Origin: Eledone cirrhosa
Taxonomy: Eukaryota
Assembly (NCBI GenBank): GCA_964016885.1
Contig: OZ024742.1
Coordinates: forward strand, 220,162,001 to 220,226,000
DNA length: 64,000 nt
Reading direction: 5' to 3'
Shown: piece after piece, positions 47,121 to 59,889 of the stretch
Position numbering within the stretch: the stretch's first letter is position 1
Layout: each line of letters starts with the position of its first letter
The notes under the pieces: model-generated
The model's database searches: none
Told to the model about the DNA's origin: nothing
Seen by the model: only the letters and a program-made list of their open reading frames with translations
Position numbers and translations under genes: made by a program

Positions 47121-47189
47121 TGCGAGGAGGATACTTAACATAGAAACACCATCTGAAATAAAATCTTCAACAAAAATCATTATTTTACA

Positions 47190-48165
47190 TCAGTTGTTCC
47201 ATGCCTGCATGGGTTGGACAGGTTTTTCTCAGTACAGCATCTTCCCACTTTTTACCTTCCTTTGTCATCTCTGTGGGCTTTAGCAATCTAAGATCAGCTC
47301 ATACCACTCCCATCCAGGACTTCTTTGGTCTTCCTCTAATGTGACTTCTTTCAACTGGGATATCCTGGAATTGCTTCACCCATTGGTCATTGTCCATGCA
47401 CATCACAAAACTAAGTGTATGACAACTAATAAAAACAATGCCAATCTCCAACTCATAGTCTACAACCAGTAAATTGCTCAAGTTACAGAGTTTGTATATC
47501 TCGGTCACAAACTATCATCAAACAACAATGGAATGGTTGCTGCGCAGTATCATATCGCTCTAGGTTGGGAAACTTTCAACAAGAACAAGGAAGTGCTAAC
47601 ATCAAAACAAGTCTCCTATGATTTGAAGGCTACATCCTACTTACATCATACCAGTTGTGTTATATGGACAACAAGGTCACGTCAGAAGCTCTCTACATTC
47701 TAGAACAACAACATGAGACTTATGATTGGCAAGCAGCGCAGCAACCGTATCTGTATCAGTAAGCTGCTCAACATTTCTAAACTTAGACAAATTACATCAA
47801 TTGTCAAGTCAAGAGTAAAACTATACGGTCATATAAAAAGATTCACTCGTGGTGTGAGTAGGTTATGCCTGGAAAGAAGGTTGGCTGGTAAGAGAAGCAG
47901 AGGCCGGCAGCCAAAACGCTAACTTGATAACGTCAACTTATGGACTGGATTTGATCTTTGCTCTTTAAAATCTGCTGCTGGTGTTCAAACTTTGTTGAGA
48001 AAAATATCCCATGTTGATGCGCAGTCTGCAACTGGCAGAGTTTAGTGTCCATACCAACACAGTCTTCTCTCCTGCACTCCACCTTGGATTCCTCTTAAAC
48101 CCAGCTTCTCCTTCAGCTCATCAAAGCTCTGACTTTCTCTCACACTTACATTGCACATCCAATGA
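47190..48165. mobile_element. Degenerate RTE (minus) interrupted by another RTE-like fragment (plus, ~47408-48045)
   Basis: The host sequence ..gcacatcaca | tgtccataccaa.. resumes after an insert encoding FVYLG..LYGHIKR..KRSRGRQPKR. Confidence 0.7.
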
Positions 48166-48644
48166 AGGTAATAATTATTCTTTCTAACATAGGTACAAAG
48201 CTAACAATTTAGGTAAAAGGGAAAGTCGATTATATCAACTCCAGTACTTAACTAATGCTTTATTTTATCCGCCCCAGAAGGATGAAAGCAAAGTTGACCA
48301 CAGTACAATTTGAACTCAAAATATAATGGGTTCGTTATAACTAAATGGCTCAAAGCACTTCGCCTGATCCTCTAAGAACTTTAGTAATTTACCGTCCTGA
48401 TGATGATAATGATAATGGTTTCTGATTTAAGCACAAGGCCAACAATTTGTGGGGAGGAGAAAGTTGATTAAATCAACTCAAGTGCATTACTGGTACCGTA
48501 TTTCATAGACCCCATAAGGATGAAAGGCAAAGCAAACCTTGGAAAGATTTGAACTCCAAAGTAAATATATATTTTTCTTTCGCACTCTTTCTATAGTAAT
48601 CAGTTGCTAGGTGAAGCGTGTTAATAATAATAATTATGACACTC

Positions 48645-49932
48645 ATCATCATCACCGTTTTACGTCCGTTCTTCCACGCTAGCATGGGTTAAACGGGTTA
48701 TCCAGTTGTGGGCAGTGTCCGGTCAGCTGACCATGCCTTGCTCATACGGGAACTGATTCTGGCTTGATTTCTACAGCTGGATGCCCTTCCTAACACCAAC
48801 CTCATTTACAGTGAGTGCTGGGTGCTTTTTTGCTGTGGCACCTCCACGACCACTTTGCAGTGGGAGAGTGTGGGGGCATATTGTCTATATGCTTCAGCTT
48901 CTACCCGTGGGGGGAGGGTCTTCTGTATTACTGCATGACGCCAGAGGTCACGGTCCTGTGCCATCGCCTTTGAGAGGTGTAATTCGGTTAGGTCGGCTTT
49001 TATCACCTCATCCCAGGTCTTCTTGGGTCTCCCCACTCCACGGTTTCCATCAACTCCTAGTGCTCTGCACCTTTTTATGCAGCTGTCATCCTTCATACGC
49101 ATCACATATCCATACCAATGTAACTGCCTCTCCTGCACACAGCATTTGATTCCTCCTATGCTCAGTCTCTCTCTCAATTCATTTATGCTTTGCCGTTCCC
49201 GTATATTACTATTACACATCCATCGGAGCATGCAGGCTTCGTTTCTTTCTAATCTACGCAAGTCTTCCACAGACAGCGCCCAGGTCTTACTACCATGTAA
49301 CATTGCTGTTCGTATACATGCATCATACAGTCTGCCTTTCATTTTGAGGGAGAAGCCTTTTGCAGCTAGCAGTGGCAGTAGCTCCCTGAACTTCTTCCAT
49401 CCCATTCTTACCCTAGTTATTGTACTTTCCGAACACCCACCTCCGCTGCTAATTCGGTCACCTAGGTAGCAGAAGCTGTCTACTGTTTCTACAGAGCCCT
49501 CCCAGAGATTGGTGGCACTTGTTTCCTGTGGCTGTTTGCTGCTTGCTGTCCCAGCACAGCTGCTACATGTGAAGCCAACATTCTTAGTTAAGCTTCCTGA
49601 GATCCCGCTACATTTCTTGTGTACCCATTGTTTGCATTTGGGGCAGAGAATGGAGTTCCTACCTACACCTTTCCTACACACTGAGCAAGGCAATTTCCCT
49701 GAGGGGATCTGGGTTCTGTTTTCTCGTCTACTTACAAGGACCTTAGTCTTTGTCAGGTTGACTCTGAGACCCTTTCTCTCTAGTCCCTGCTTCCAAGTTT
49801 GGAATTTCTTCTCTAGTTCTACCTTAGATTCAGCTATAAGTGCGAGGTCATCTGCATACAGGAGTTCCCATGGGCATCCGGTCTTAAACTGCAGAACTAT
49901 GATGAACAGGAGAGGGCTAAGAACAGAACCCT
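48645..49932 (-). mobile_element. RTE LINE family A 3' fragment with PHD finger
   Basis: YADD region, CSVC..CPKCKQWVHKKC..CSSC, WYG, GRPKKTW; (cat)n tail. Confidence 0.93.
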
Positions 49933-50207
49933 AATAATAATTATGATATTGATAATTGTTTCCAATTTAGGCACAAGGCTAGCAATTTGAGAGGAGCAGA
50001 AGTCAAATAAATGAACCCCAGTATTTGATTGGTAGTTTATATTATTGACCAAGAACAATGAAAGGTAAAATTGACCTCAGCAAGATTTAAAACTAGAACT
50101 TAAAGAACCAGAATATGCTACTACAAAATATTTTGATCAACAATGATGATAAATCAATAAATCAAATACATGTGCTGAAATTACAATCTCTGTAATGACT
50201 ATTTGTG

Positions 50208-50325
50208 AAGGTGAATGGCTTCGTGGTTAGAGAATGGGATTCACAATTGTGAGGTTGTGAGTTTGATTCCCAGACTAGGTGATGCATTATGTCCTTGAGC
50301 AAGACACTATATTTCACATTGCTCT
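50208..50325 (+). mobile_element. SINE head fragment
   Basis: ggcttcgtggttag..gtttgattccc..gtccttgagcaagacac. Confidence 0.75.
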
Positions 50326-53300
50326 TTCTTCCAGGCATTGCAACCAGTAGATATTATCAGCAAAGGAAATATGAATAGAAACATTGTTTCCTTGGTCTGA
50401 TTTGATGAGCTGCACCCCATTCAGTAAACAAATGAGGTCTGGGATCTTATCAATTTGATTCCTATAATGACCATATTGAAGAATATTAACTGTGAAATAT
50501 CCGTATTATCTCCCAAAACTGGAATGATAATTCTTTTGCAATTTACTATAAAGCTATTTTGTGTTATTGGTGACTTCATGGTTGATGTCCGAATGATGTG
50601 GGCGATTTTATGGTGTACACACTGATTTGAAGGACCATCTCGAGGTTCCTTGTTGGCTCATCATGTATGTCACACTATTCTGACAGCAACCTCAGACAAA
50701 GCAAAAGGACAGTCAACAAATGAACATTAAAGTAGAAGACCTCCCAGAAAATTGCAGCATCATCAGGATACTTATGGAGATACATGATATCACTAAGGTC
50801 CATATTTGCTGTCAAACACATAGAATTGCTGTCACTGTTTTATCAACAGCACCTTGTGATGTGAACCAACTAATAGTGGCTTTTAATAAAATGTCGTTAT
50901 AGATTTAGATGTGTTTATAGAATTGGAAGAATCATTAGAACCATACATACACATGACTATAAAACCACAGGTTATGCATAGACAAGTGAAACTCAACATA
51001 AATACAATCAACTTCCACATCATGTGTTGATTATTCTTTTCTTTCATTTGTACCTACACCTATATATAAGACATAGTACATAATGATTGTAGATGTTCAT
51101 AGCAAAAGGAAATAGTAAGTTGTTAGTAGAGTTGAATGACAAGTCGAAGGTGAAATGATTTGTTGTACAAGAGCCATCAAATGTAACCTGCTGTTGTGTA
51201 ATCTTAAGTTAGCCCTGATCCAGGAGATATATGATCAGTCATTCCAGTCATGACCATCGCTTCTTATTTTTATACATAGTATCAAATCTAAGATAGGTGA
51301 CGAATTGGCTGCTTTTCAGTATTCATTTCAGTTCTTTGCTCTCTGAGTTCAAATCCCAATGAGGTCAGCTTTGCCTTTTATCCATTCAAGATCAATAAAA
51401 AAAAAATACCAGTCTAATTTGGGGTTGATTCTTCATCGATATATCTTTCGCACTTCCATTCTCTCACTCTCTATCCTTTTCTGGAAGAAATCTGCTGTAC
51501 CCAGACCTTGGGAGGAGAAGGGCTCCGCCAGGTTTAAAAATGCCCAAGAAATGTTGTATGTCAATGTTGCGCCCATATGACTTCCTCAAGTGTTACGGAA
51601 CTAGAAGAGAAAAGATCAAATCTAAGACTACATTATCTAATGTGTTCATTTTTTTAAAAACAATTTAGTATTATCTGATGGAGAATTAGAAGAAAAAGGA
51701 ATACTAAAATGATCAACCCAAATTATAACAACCAAGAACATTTATGAGAAACCTTTCTGTCAGACACTCAAGCCAAGTAAAGTTATTTAAAAAAATCTAA
51801 TCAGAGTATTAAAACTCTTTCCAAGCATCTTACAAAAAATGCCAAATTTGTAAAATGAGGAAATGAAAATAGAACAGTTAATACATAAATAGCAGAAAAA
51901 ATAGAAAAGCCTAGTTTGAGAGAGAGAGTTTGGCAAGCTCTTTCTTTCTCTCGCTCTCTAATGTGTAATCAGTAGAGGCATCACCTGTCAATCAGCAGAT
52001 ACGTGGTTCAGATTTCAGTAAGCCTCTCATTTTCTGTCTTCAAATCTTCTTATGCTGCCTAACATCACTTTATGTTGAAAATCTTAGTAATGAACTTAGT
52101 CAAAAATAATGAGTGGCAAATTAAAGGGAAACAACTCTTCGGTAAATGTTTAGTTATTATTTATGGTTATATCAATTAAGGGGAGTTAAGTCATTCGTCT
52201 AGGAAACCACATGTGGCATTCTCCAGCGCCAACCGTGTTGCTTCGGCCATAAACCCGAGAATTACCACACACAACGCAGGAGAGCAGAAGATGAATAAAT
52301 ACTTGTAATTAATGAAAAGACTCCACTTTGTGGCGGTTGCAGTTGAGAACCCCTCCCCTCCGTGTCTAAGGTTACCAAACGGCTGTTTTTCGCCAAACCA
52401 GAATGAGGACATTGTATCTGAGGAAAGAGCCCCATGTGGTGGAACGGCTGATGCAGTGGATGTTTCAGGGGTTAGCTAAGATATGCTGTTCAACTGAAGG
52501 TGTGATGTTTATTTGTTTGTAGTGTTTACTGTATATATTTGGAGGGAAAAAACTTAACTGTGTCCATGATAAAGACCCAATATACTGAGCTGTAAATAGG
52601 TAGGTAGTGAGGGAAGGTATGTAGAACTACTGAAAGCAATGGAAGATCGGTATAATAAACGAGTGTTTCGTTAGAGTAAAGGTACAATATTAGAATATTT
52701 CTTACGAGAGAGAAAGAAAGATGAAGAGGCACTTTATCAAAATATTTGATAGAGACAAGAACTTCAAGCTGTTTTCTTGCACTAACAAAATCTCCATATA
52801 GTTTAAATACACAAGTCGCTGATATCTAAATGGCTAAATATTAGCATAAGGGTACCCAAGAGTCATGATCTAGATGTGGCCCAGCCCCCATAGAGTGTAA
52901 AAAGTTAAGGGCCAAAAGACTCGCTTGCAGGGTAGTCTCTGAAGACTTTCTGCTGTCCAGTCCAGCTCTCCTGAGAGTTTCTTACCACTGATGCACATAC
53001 ATCATCACTACCAGCACTACTACCTAGTCCTTAAGTGCCTTTAGGTGATCACATATGTTGTATGTAGTCTGAGGGGAAATAACTTGATAACATAGCTTCC
53101 TACTACTGCATTTCATGATCTGAGTCTTCTGCCACCCTACCACATCTACCAGCTTAGACATCCCAGTAAAAAGGTCATGGTTGCTGCTTTTCCTCTTCTG
53201 TTTAAACCTTATAAAATATAAATAAATATAGGTAATTAAAACTGTTGCCTTAGTTTCTCTACTCCATATAAAATCACCCATCAACATTTTTAAAGATGAA

Positions 53301-55982
53301 ATCAATCATTACTAAAAACATAAGAAAATATCTGATTCTGAAAAGAAATGGTGAAATAGTTGGTTAAATAATTTACAGAGTTGTTAGAACGTCAGACAGA
53401 GTGCTTTGTAGCATTCGTTCCAACTCTCTGCTGTCTGAATTCAAATTTCATCATGGTCAACTTTGCCTTTCATCCTTTAGAAGTCGATAAAAAAAAGTAC
53501 CAGTCTAGTACTGGGATCAAATCTACCTCTATATCTCTTTCTCACTTCAATTCTCTCATTTTTTATCCTTTTCTGGAAGAAATCTGCTGTATTCATATTT
53601 GGAGAGGGATGAGATCCTCCATGCATAAAATGCCCAAGAAACACAGTATATCAATACATTGCCCCTATGACTCCATTGGGAGTTACAGGACCATACCAAA
53701 TAATTGTTCTTAAACGTTTTATTTAATAGTATTTCGAAAGTGACAAATTAGCAGAATTGTTATGGCATCACATTAAATATCTCAGTATATATTCCAGCTC
53801 TCTGCACTATGTTCAAATCTTGCCAGGGTCTACATCCCTTTTCATCCTTTTAGGGTCAACAACAAAAAATTACTAGCTCAGTGGTGGTGGATTTGCAGAA
53901 TTGTTAAAGTGTCAGATTGTGTATCTGTTCTGGCTCTGAGTTTAAACCCCATCTGTTAATAGAAAAGCAATGAAAGAGTTAGGAGCTGTGGCTGACAGTG
54001 TCAGCGATGGGCAGACCAATGTAAACAGTTTCTTTGATCCAATATGTTGATCAGTTCCTTTTAATAGTTCATTATAGAAAACTTCTTTGCCTCTTTATTT
54101 CTGGGATGTTCATGGGAGGCAAGTCCTCAAGCATGTCTTTCAGCAAGTCCTATCAGAAGCAACTGTCTCCAATTGATCCAGCTGGATCCCCAAGTGAGAC
54201 CAGCTAAGCTCATGGATGTTATCTAACCATCTTGCTCGAGGTCTACCCTGCTGGTTGGTTTTGCTCTTAAATCTGTTCAGCAATTCTTTCCTGAGACATT
54301 CTAACCATATGCCTGAAGAATCTGGAGAAATAACCGTCCTACATGGAGTGACTCACTGATCTCTGAGCTACACACTCTATTGAGTAACATTACTCCAAAG
54401 ACCCATCGGAGGAACCCCATTTTGGCCGCTTGTATTTGCGATCATATTCGTTCAGTCACTACCCAAGATTCATGACCATAAGTAAGAGTTGGCAAAATAC
54501 CAAATTAAAGATAGCAAGTTTGGCATTTACACCTACCTCCTTTATTACCGAATGCTGAAGCTGACAAAGTAGAAAACTAACAGACTTATATATTATTATA
54601 ATCATAGTTGTTGTCAGTACAGATACATACATTGCCTTTATCTTTGCTTTTTCATGTTGTCATGGTCTGCCTTTTACAACATACAGGAAAAAAGTGTACC
54701 TATTCAAAAAACTGATTGTTTCAAAATTGACTATTTAAGATGTTGACAGCTATCACTTGCATAAATGTATGTATGAGTGAGTGTATATGTGAGTGGGTCC
54801 ATGTCTATGTTTACTCTTTGTTTATGTCCTGGGGCCTAAATATAAATCCCAAGACCTAAATATAGATTGATAAAATAAGTACCATACTTTAAAAAAAAAA
54901 TACTGGGATCAATAGAATCAGCTAAATTCCTTGAATGTGTTCCCCCAGTATAGTTACTATCTAATGACAAAAACCAGTGTATCATCATCATCACCACCAC
55001 CACCACCATTTAACGTCCCTCTTCCATGTTAGCATGGGTTATACAAATTGTTCCATTATGAGACAGGTCAGATCAAACGACCATGTTTTGTTCATACAGA
55101 ACTGCTTCTGGATTGATTTCTGTGGCTGGATGCCCTTCTTTATGTCAACCACATTTACAGCATGTGTATATGTTTTAATTATAATCTATTCATCAAGTTA
55201 CATTCCAGGCACAATTGAATATGCCAATGATTGAAAATGTTTAACTTCTTCCATGTAACCCTTTCAAAAAAGCTTAATAAGTTAATGTTACTGCCTCAGC
55301 CGAAATGTGGCACAAGAAAATCCATACATCCATGGTCCTGTAACTTCTGGGGAATCATAAGGGCTCTGTATTTCTACGTCCTTTTAAAACCTGGTGAAGC
55401 CCATCTCCGCTCCATGTCTGAACACTGCAAATTTCTACCAGAGAAGGATAGAAAAAGTGAGAGAATAGAAGTGAGAAAGAGATATAGAGGAATAATCGAC
55501 CCCAGTACTTGATTAGAATGGATGAAAGGCAAAGTTGACCTGTACTTGACTAATACTTATTTTATCAACCCTAGATAGATAAAAAGTAAAGTCAACATAA
55601 GAGATTTAAATTCCTAACATTAATGGATATAAAAGAATACTAATAATTCTGTCAATAAGGAATAGGCTAACGATAGAAGAGAGATAATTTAGTACACTGT
55701 AGGAATTAGAGAAAATATGTCAAGCTTAGTCATAACTTGATAACGAATTCAAATAGTTGTCATTATCTACTAAACCACAGGTTCTCAACCATTGAAACGC
55801 CCCCTACCCCTATTTTTCCATTTTTCATTATATGATTTTTATATCAGTCGATTATTAAAAAATTGATTAACAATACTCCAAAGATACTATTGCAGGCAGC
55901 TGAGAGTATAAATACATACCTTGAAAGGAAATATATAAATTTCAAAAAAAGGAACATAAATGTTCTTTTTTATGAATAAGGA

Positions 55983-56415
55983 AGGCGCATGGCTTAGTGG
56001 TTAGAGCATTGGGCTTGCAATCGAAAGGTTGTGAGTTCAATTCTCGGACCGGGTGATGTGTTGTTTCCTTGAGCAAGACACTTTATTTCACATTGCTCCA
56101 GTTTACTCAGCTGTAGAAATGAGATGATAGAACTGGGGTCCCTATCATTCCACTGCAAAATGGTCGTGGAGGTGCTACAGCAAAAAAAGCACCCAGCCCA
56201 CACTGTAAAAGTAGACGTGTAGCACCACGGAAAAAAGCACCCAGCACTCACTGTAAATGAGGTTGGTGTTAGGAAGGGCATCCAGCTGTAGAAATCAAGC
56301 CAGAATCAGTTCCTCTATGAGCAAGACAAGGTCAGCCAACCAGACACTGCCCACAACAGGAAAACCCGTCTAACCCATGCTAGTGTGGAAGAATAGACGT
56401 AAAACGGTGCTGCTG
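55983..56415 (+). mobile_element. tRNA-derived SINE with RTE family A 3' tail (complete copy)
   Basis: A/B boxes; tail ~56150-56410 is the reverse complement of the 3' UTR at 2135-2395 and 48645-48860. Confidence 0.9.
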
Positions 56416-56838
56416 AAGGACCAGTTGAATTTGTTATATTCTCACCAGGCGATACCAACTATTTTGAACATTTATAGAAGAGCAACTCTGTCTATCTAAA
56501 GAGTGCTCTTATCTGGAAGAAGGTGGCAATTATATCATTTTAAAGCTTTCCAATTTTCCCTTTATTGAAACGGACAGAATAAATGTTGATATCTAACTTG
56601 ATGTCCCCTCCGCTTTGTGAGCTTAGAGACCATAGAAGAGGGTTTTCATGACTATATAAGAGGGTATATTTATTAGTAAATGGTAAAATTTATACAACAA
56701 ATGAGTAAGTGAATTGTAGTAGATGGTTTCCAGTCCAGTCAGACTGCAACTACAAGTAAAAAAATTGTTAGTTTTCTTTGTAACAATAGCATATCCAAGT
56801 TTTCGGATAAATCAACTTACTTTAACTTTGACCTCATT

Positions 56839-57877
56839 TCAATGGAACCCTTGAGCTTCATGGAGTCGAGCTAACTCTTTGATGTGAGGCTGAATTTTCG
56901 TAAGATGTAGCCAGCGATCTCCACGTGAAATTACATTGCAGCGGTTGCGAGACTTACTGTGTAGTCTGGAAACAGCACCAAACCTCCTCTCGACTAAGTA
57001 TGAGCTTGGAAAAGGCAGAGCAAATCTCTTAGCCTCTGCTTGTAGGAGTGGAAATCGATGCTGAATTTCCTCTTGCATCCAAAAAAGGGGTTCACCTATT
57101 TTGGGAAATCTAATTTTGATCATGTCATCTGCTTGAAGTTCAATGAATTCTTCCTGAAATTTAACGTCCAAATCGTCGACACTAGCTATGATGTCCATCA
57201 GCAAAAGGTCAACAAACCATCCTCTCATGTTGTCTTGTAGTGCACGGAGGTGAGCGGTATAAATTTGGAGTTGGTCATCGCTTACAATGTTTTGAACATT
57301 GGCGACACTAGGAAAATTATAGAATTCCCGTCAACAAAGATTCCTTTCGATGACATTCAATTTGGCCAGGAATGTTTTCACAACATTCCTTGCTTTAAGC
57401 AAGGTGATCTTCTTCCCCTGCAAAGCCATAATGACGCTATTGCATTTGTCAAAGATGTTAGCGAAGTAGGCACAGTTTTGCCTCACATCGAGGGTTTTCT
57501 TGTACAGTTCTGTGTTGCGTCCTCGCAGAAACTCAATGATAGAGTCGAACAGTTCAAAGACGTGAGTAAGGCACTTGCCCTTTGAAAGCCACCTCACTTC
57601 AGTATGAAGGAGCAACTTGACGAATTCTTCGTCATTATCTTGGCACAGTTGCCGAAAAATTCGTTCATCGAGGGAATGGCGTTGATAAAATTGATGACAT
57701 CAATGGCCACCTGCAAGGACTTTCTCAGCGGCTCACTGAGTTTCTTCGCAGCCAAGTGTTGTCGATGAATGACACAATGAACAGCAAATACAGATAGATT
57801 TTCTCTCTTCAGAAGAGTGACGAAACCCTTATGTTGGCCGACCGTTGCTCTTGTGTTGTCCGTAGCACATGATACAA
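56839..57877 (-). pseudogene. hAT (Buster/Charlie-type) transposase remnant
   Basis: IVSCATD..HKGF, HCVIHRQHLAAK, LLHTEVRWLSKG, FPSSYLVE..F, KSRNR; frameshifted. Confidence 0.9.
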
Positions 57878-58362
57878 TGTGTGTTGTATGTAGTCCTAGA
57901 TGTATGTATTACCTGCTTATGTATTGCATGTGGTCCCAGCTGTATGTATTACCTGCTTGTGTGTTGTATGTGGTCCTAGATGTGTGTATTACCTGCTTAT
58001 GTGTTGTATGTAGTCCTAGATGTATGTATTACCTGCTGATGTATTGCATGTGGTCCCAGCTGTATGTATTGCCTGCTTGTGTGTTGCATGTGGTTCTAGA
58101 TGTGTGTATTACCTGCTTATGTGTTGTATGTGGTCCTAGATGTGTGTATTATCTGATTATGTGTTGTATGTGGTCCTAGATGTGTGTGCTACCTGATTAT
58201 GAGTTGTATGTGGTCCTAGATGTGTGTATTATCTGATTATGTGTTGTATGTGGTCCTAGATGTGTGTGCTACCTGATTATGAGTTGTATGTGGTCCTAGA
58301 TGTGTGTATTACCTGCTTATGTGTTGTATGTGGTCCTAGATGTGTGTGCTACCCGCTTCTGT
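57878..58362. repeat. 40-bp minisatellite (tgtgttgtatgtggtcctagatgtgtgtattacctgctta), ~12 copies
   Basis: Read directly; it begins where transposase homology stops. Confidence 0.95.
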
Positions 58363-59289
58363 GTTTTTTCTTTTCTTTTTTTGTTTGTAATATTATTTAT
58401 ACAATAGGGAATAAAATAGAGATCTACATAGTGTTAACTTATTACGGTTGAGTCAATAATTTCAGACATGAAATACATTGTTATCGGTGAAGGAAAGACA
58501 AGATTCTAACGCTGTGCTCAAAGTGTCCTTGACCAAGTTGACTGGGTTTTTTCCATTTTTAGGATTTCAATTGCCGGTTAATGTCTAGACACGCCTGCAC
58601 ACCTGCTTACAGCTACGGTCAGACCATAGCTATGCTGTCTGCATGCTCATTCAAATGCATTCACACTGGCTGACATACAAATATGGCTTATAAAATTTAC
58701 CAAAGTAAAGAGCCTTCCAGTGCCCCCTAGCGCCCCCCTGGAGTTGCAAAATGCCCCCTGTCACTAATTTTCTCCTAATGCAGTTTATATATAATATCGT
58801 CTTTTTTTAATGTATCATGGATTACATTACTGATTAAATAAAACAGTGTAACACAGTCTTCATTCAATTTCTATGTATTATATATTGTCAATTACGATTT
58901 TATTTGATGTTTCATATCTACATGTATATATATACTTGCATATAATATCAATATACACACTACACATGCTAGCAGAAAACCACCCGAAGGTTGGTTTTTC
59001 TGCTAGTTAATATAATAAATATTACAGCATGACTGTTCTAAACTACGTGATACAAAATCTTCAATGATAATGTTTATACAGATATATAAAAGGAAAAAAA
59101 TTACTATTAAATCAGTCACTCACACACATGTACACCAGGTCCGAACACAGAGGAACCAAACTCCCACTGTCACCGCCTCCGTCTCGCCCGCTCTTCCAAT
59201 CTCTCGTTATTATCTTTGTAACATGAACACATTTCGTTGACTGCTGAGCAGGTTGCGCAACTTTGTGCAATTTACATTTTTTTTTTGTG

Positions 59290-59605
59290 AGGCACAGGGC
59301 TTATTGATTAGAAAGTTGGGCTCACAATCGTGGGGTTATAAGTTCAATTCCAAGACAGGGCGATGTGTTATGCCCTGGGACATTATTTCCTATTGCTCTA
59401 GTTCACTCAGCTGTAGAAATGAATTGTGATCTCACTGTTGCCAGGCTGTAACTGCCTTTCCGTTGGACAAAATCAGTGGCGTGGAGAGGGGAGACTGGTA
59501 TACATGAGCAACTGCTGGTCTTCCACAAAAACACCTTGACAGGCTTGTGTCTCAGAGAACTGTCTCGATGCATTTCCCATGGTCATTCATGACCAAAGGT
59601 GGTTA
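59290..59605 (+). mobile_element. tRNA-derived SINE (tail type 1)
   Basis: Homologous to 3088-3420 (ttggacaa..agtggcgtggagagg..gctggtcttccacaaa). Confidence 0.85.
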
Positions 59606-59889
59606 TTTTTTTTAATGCTAATAGAACAAACATTAGGTCAACCAAAAGACTCTTGCCCAAGATGCAATATTTGTTGATATATTGCATTCTGAGTTAAACT
59701 CCCTAAAAGAGGTCAAGTTAGTCATTAATCGTTTAGGGGACAATAAATAAACTACCAGTCCAGTGTAATAGAATTGCAGAGTTATTAGAGTGTAGGGTGG
59801 AAAGCCTTGTGGGTTTCTGTAACAGCTCTTTGTATTCTGATAGCAATGCCTGTGGTGATGTGGGCACCATGCTGCATAAAAATTAAAAG

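Noticed and set aside
57878-58362. CRISPR array or coding repeat (ORF 57817-58179)
   Set aside because: Simple 40-bp tandem repeat whose unit length is not a multiple of 3.
55770-58760. Complete hAT element bounded by cacaggttctcaacc and cccc-rich subterminal motifs
   Set aside because: No matching second TIR or 8-bp target-site duplication could be identified by eye.
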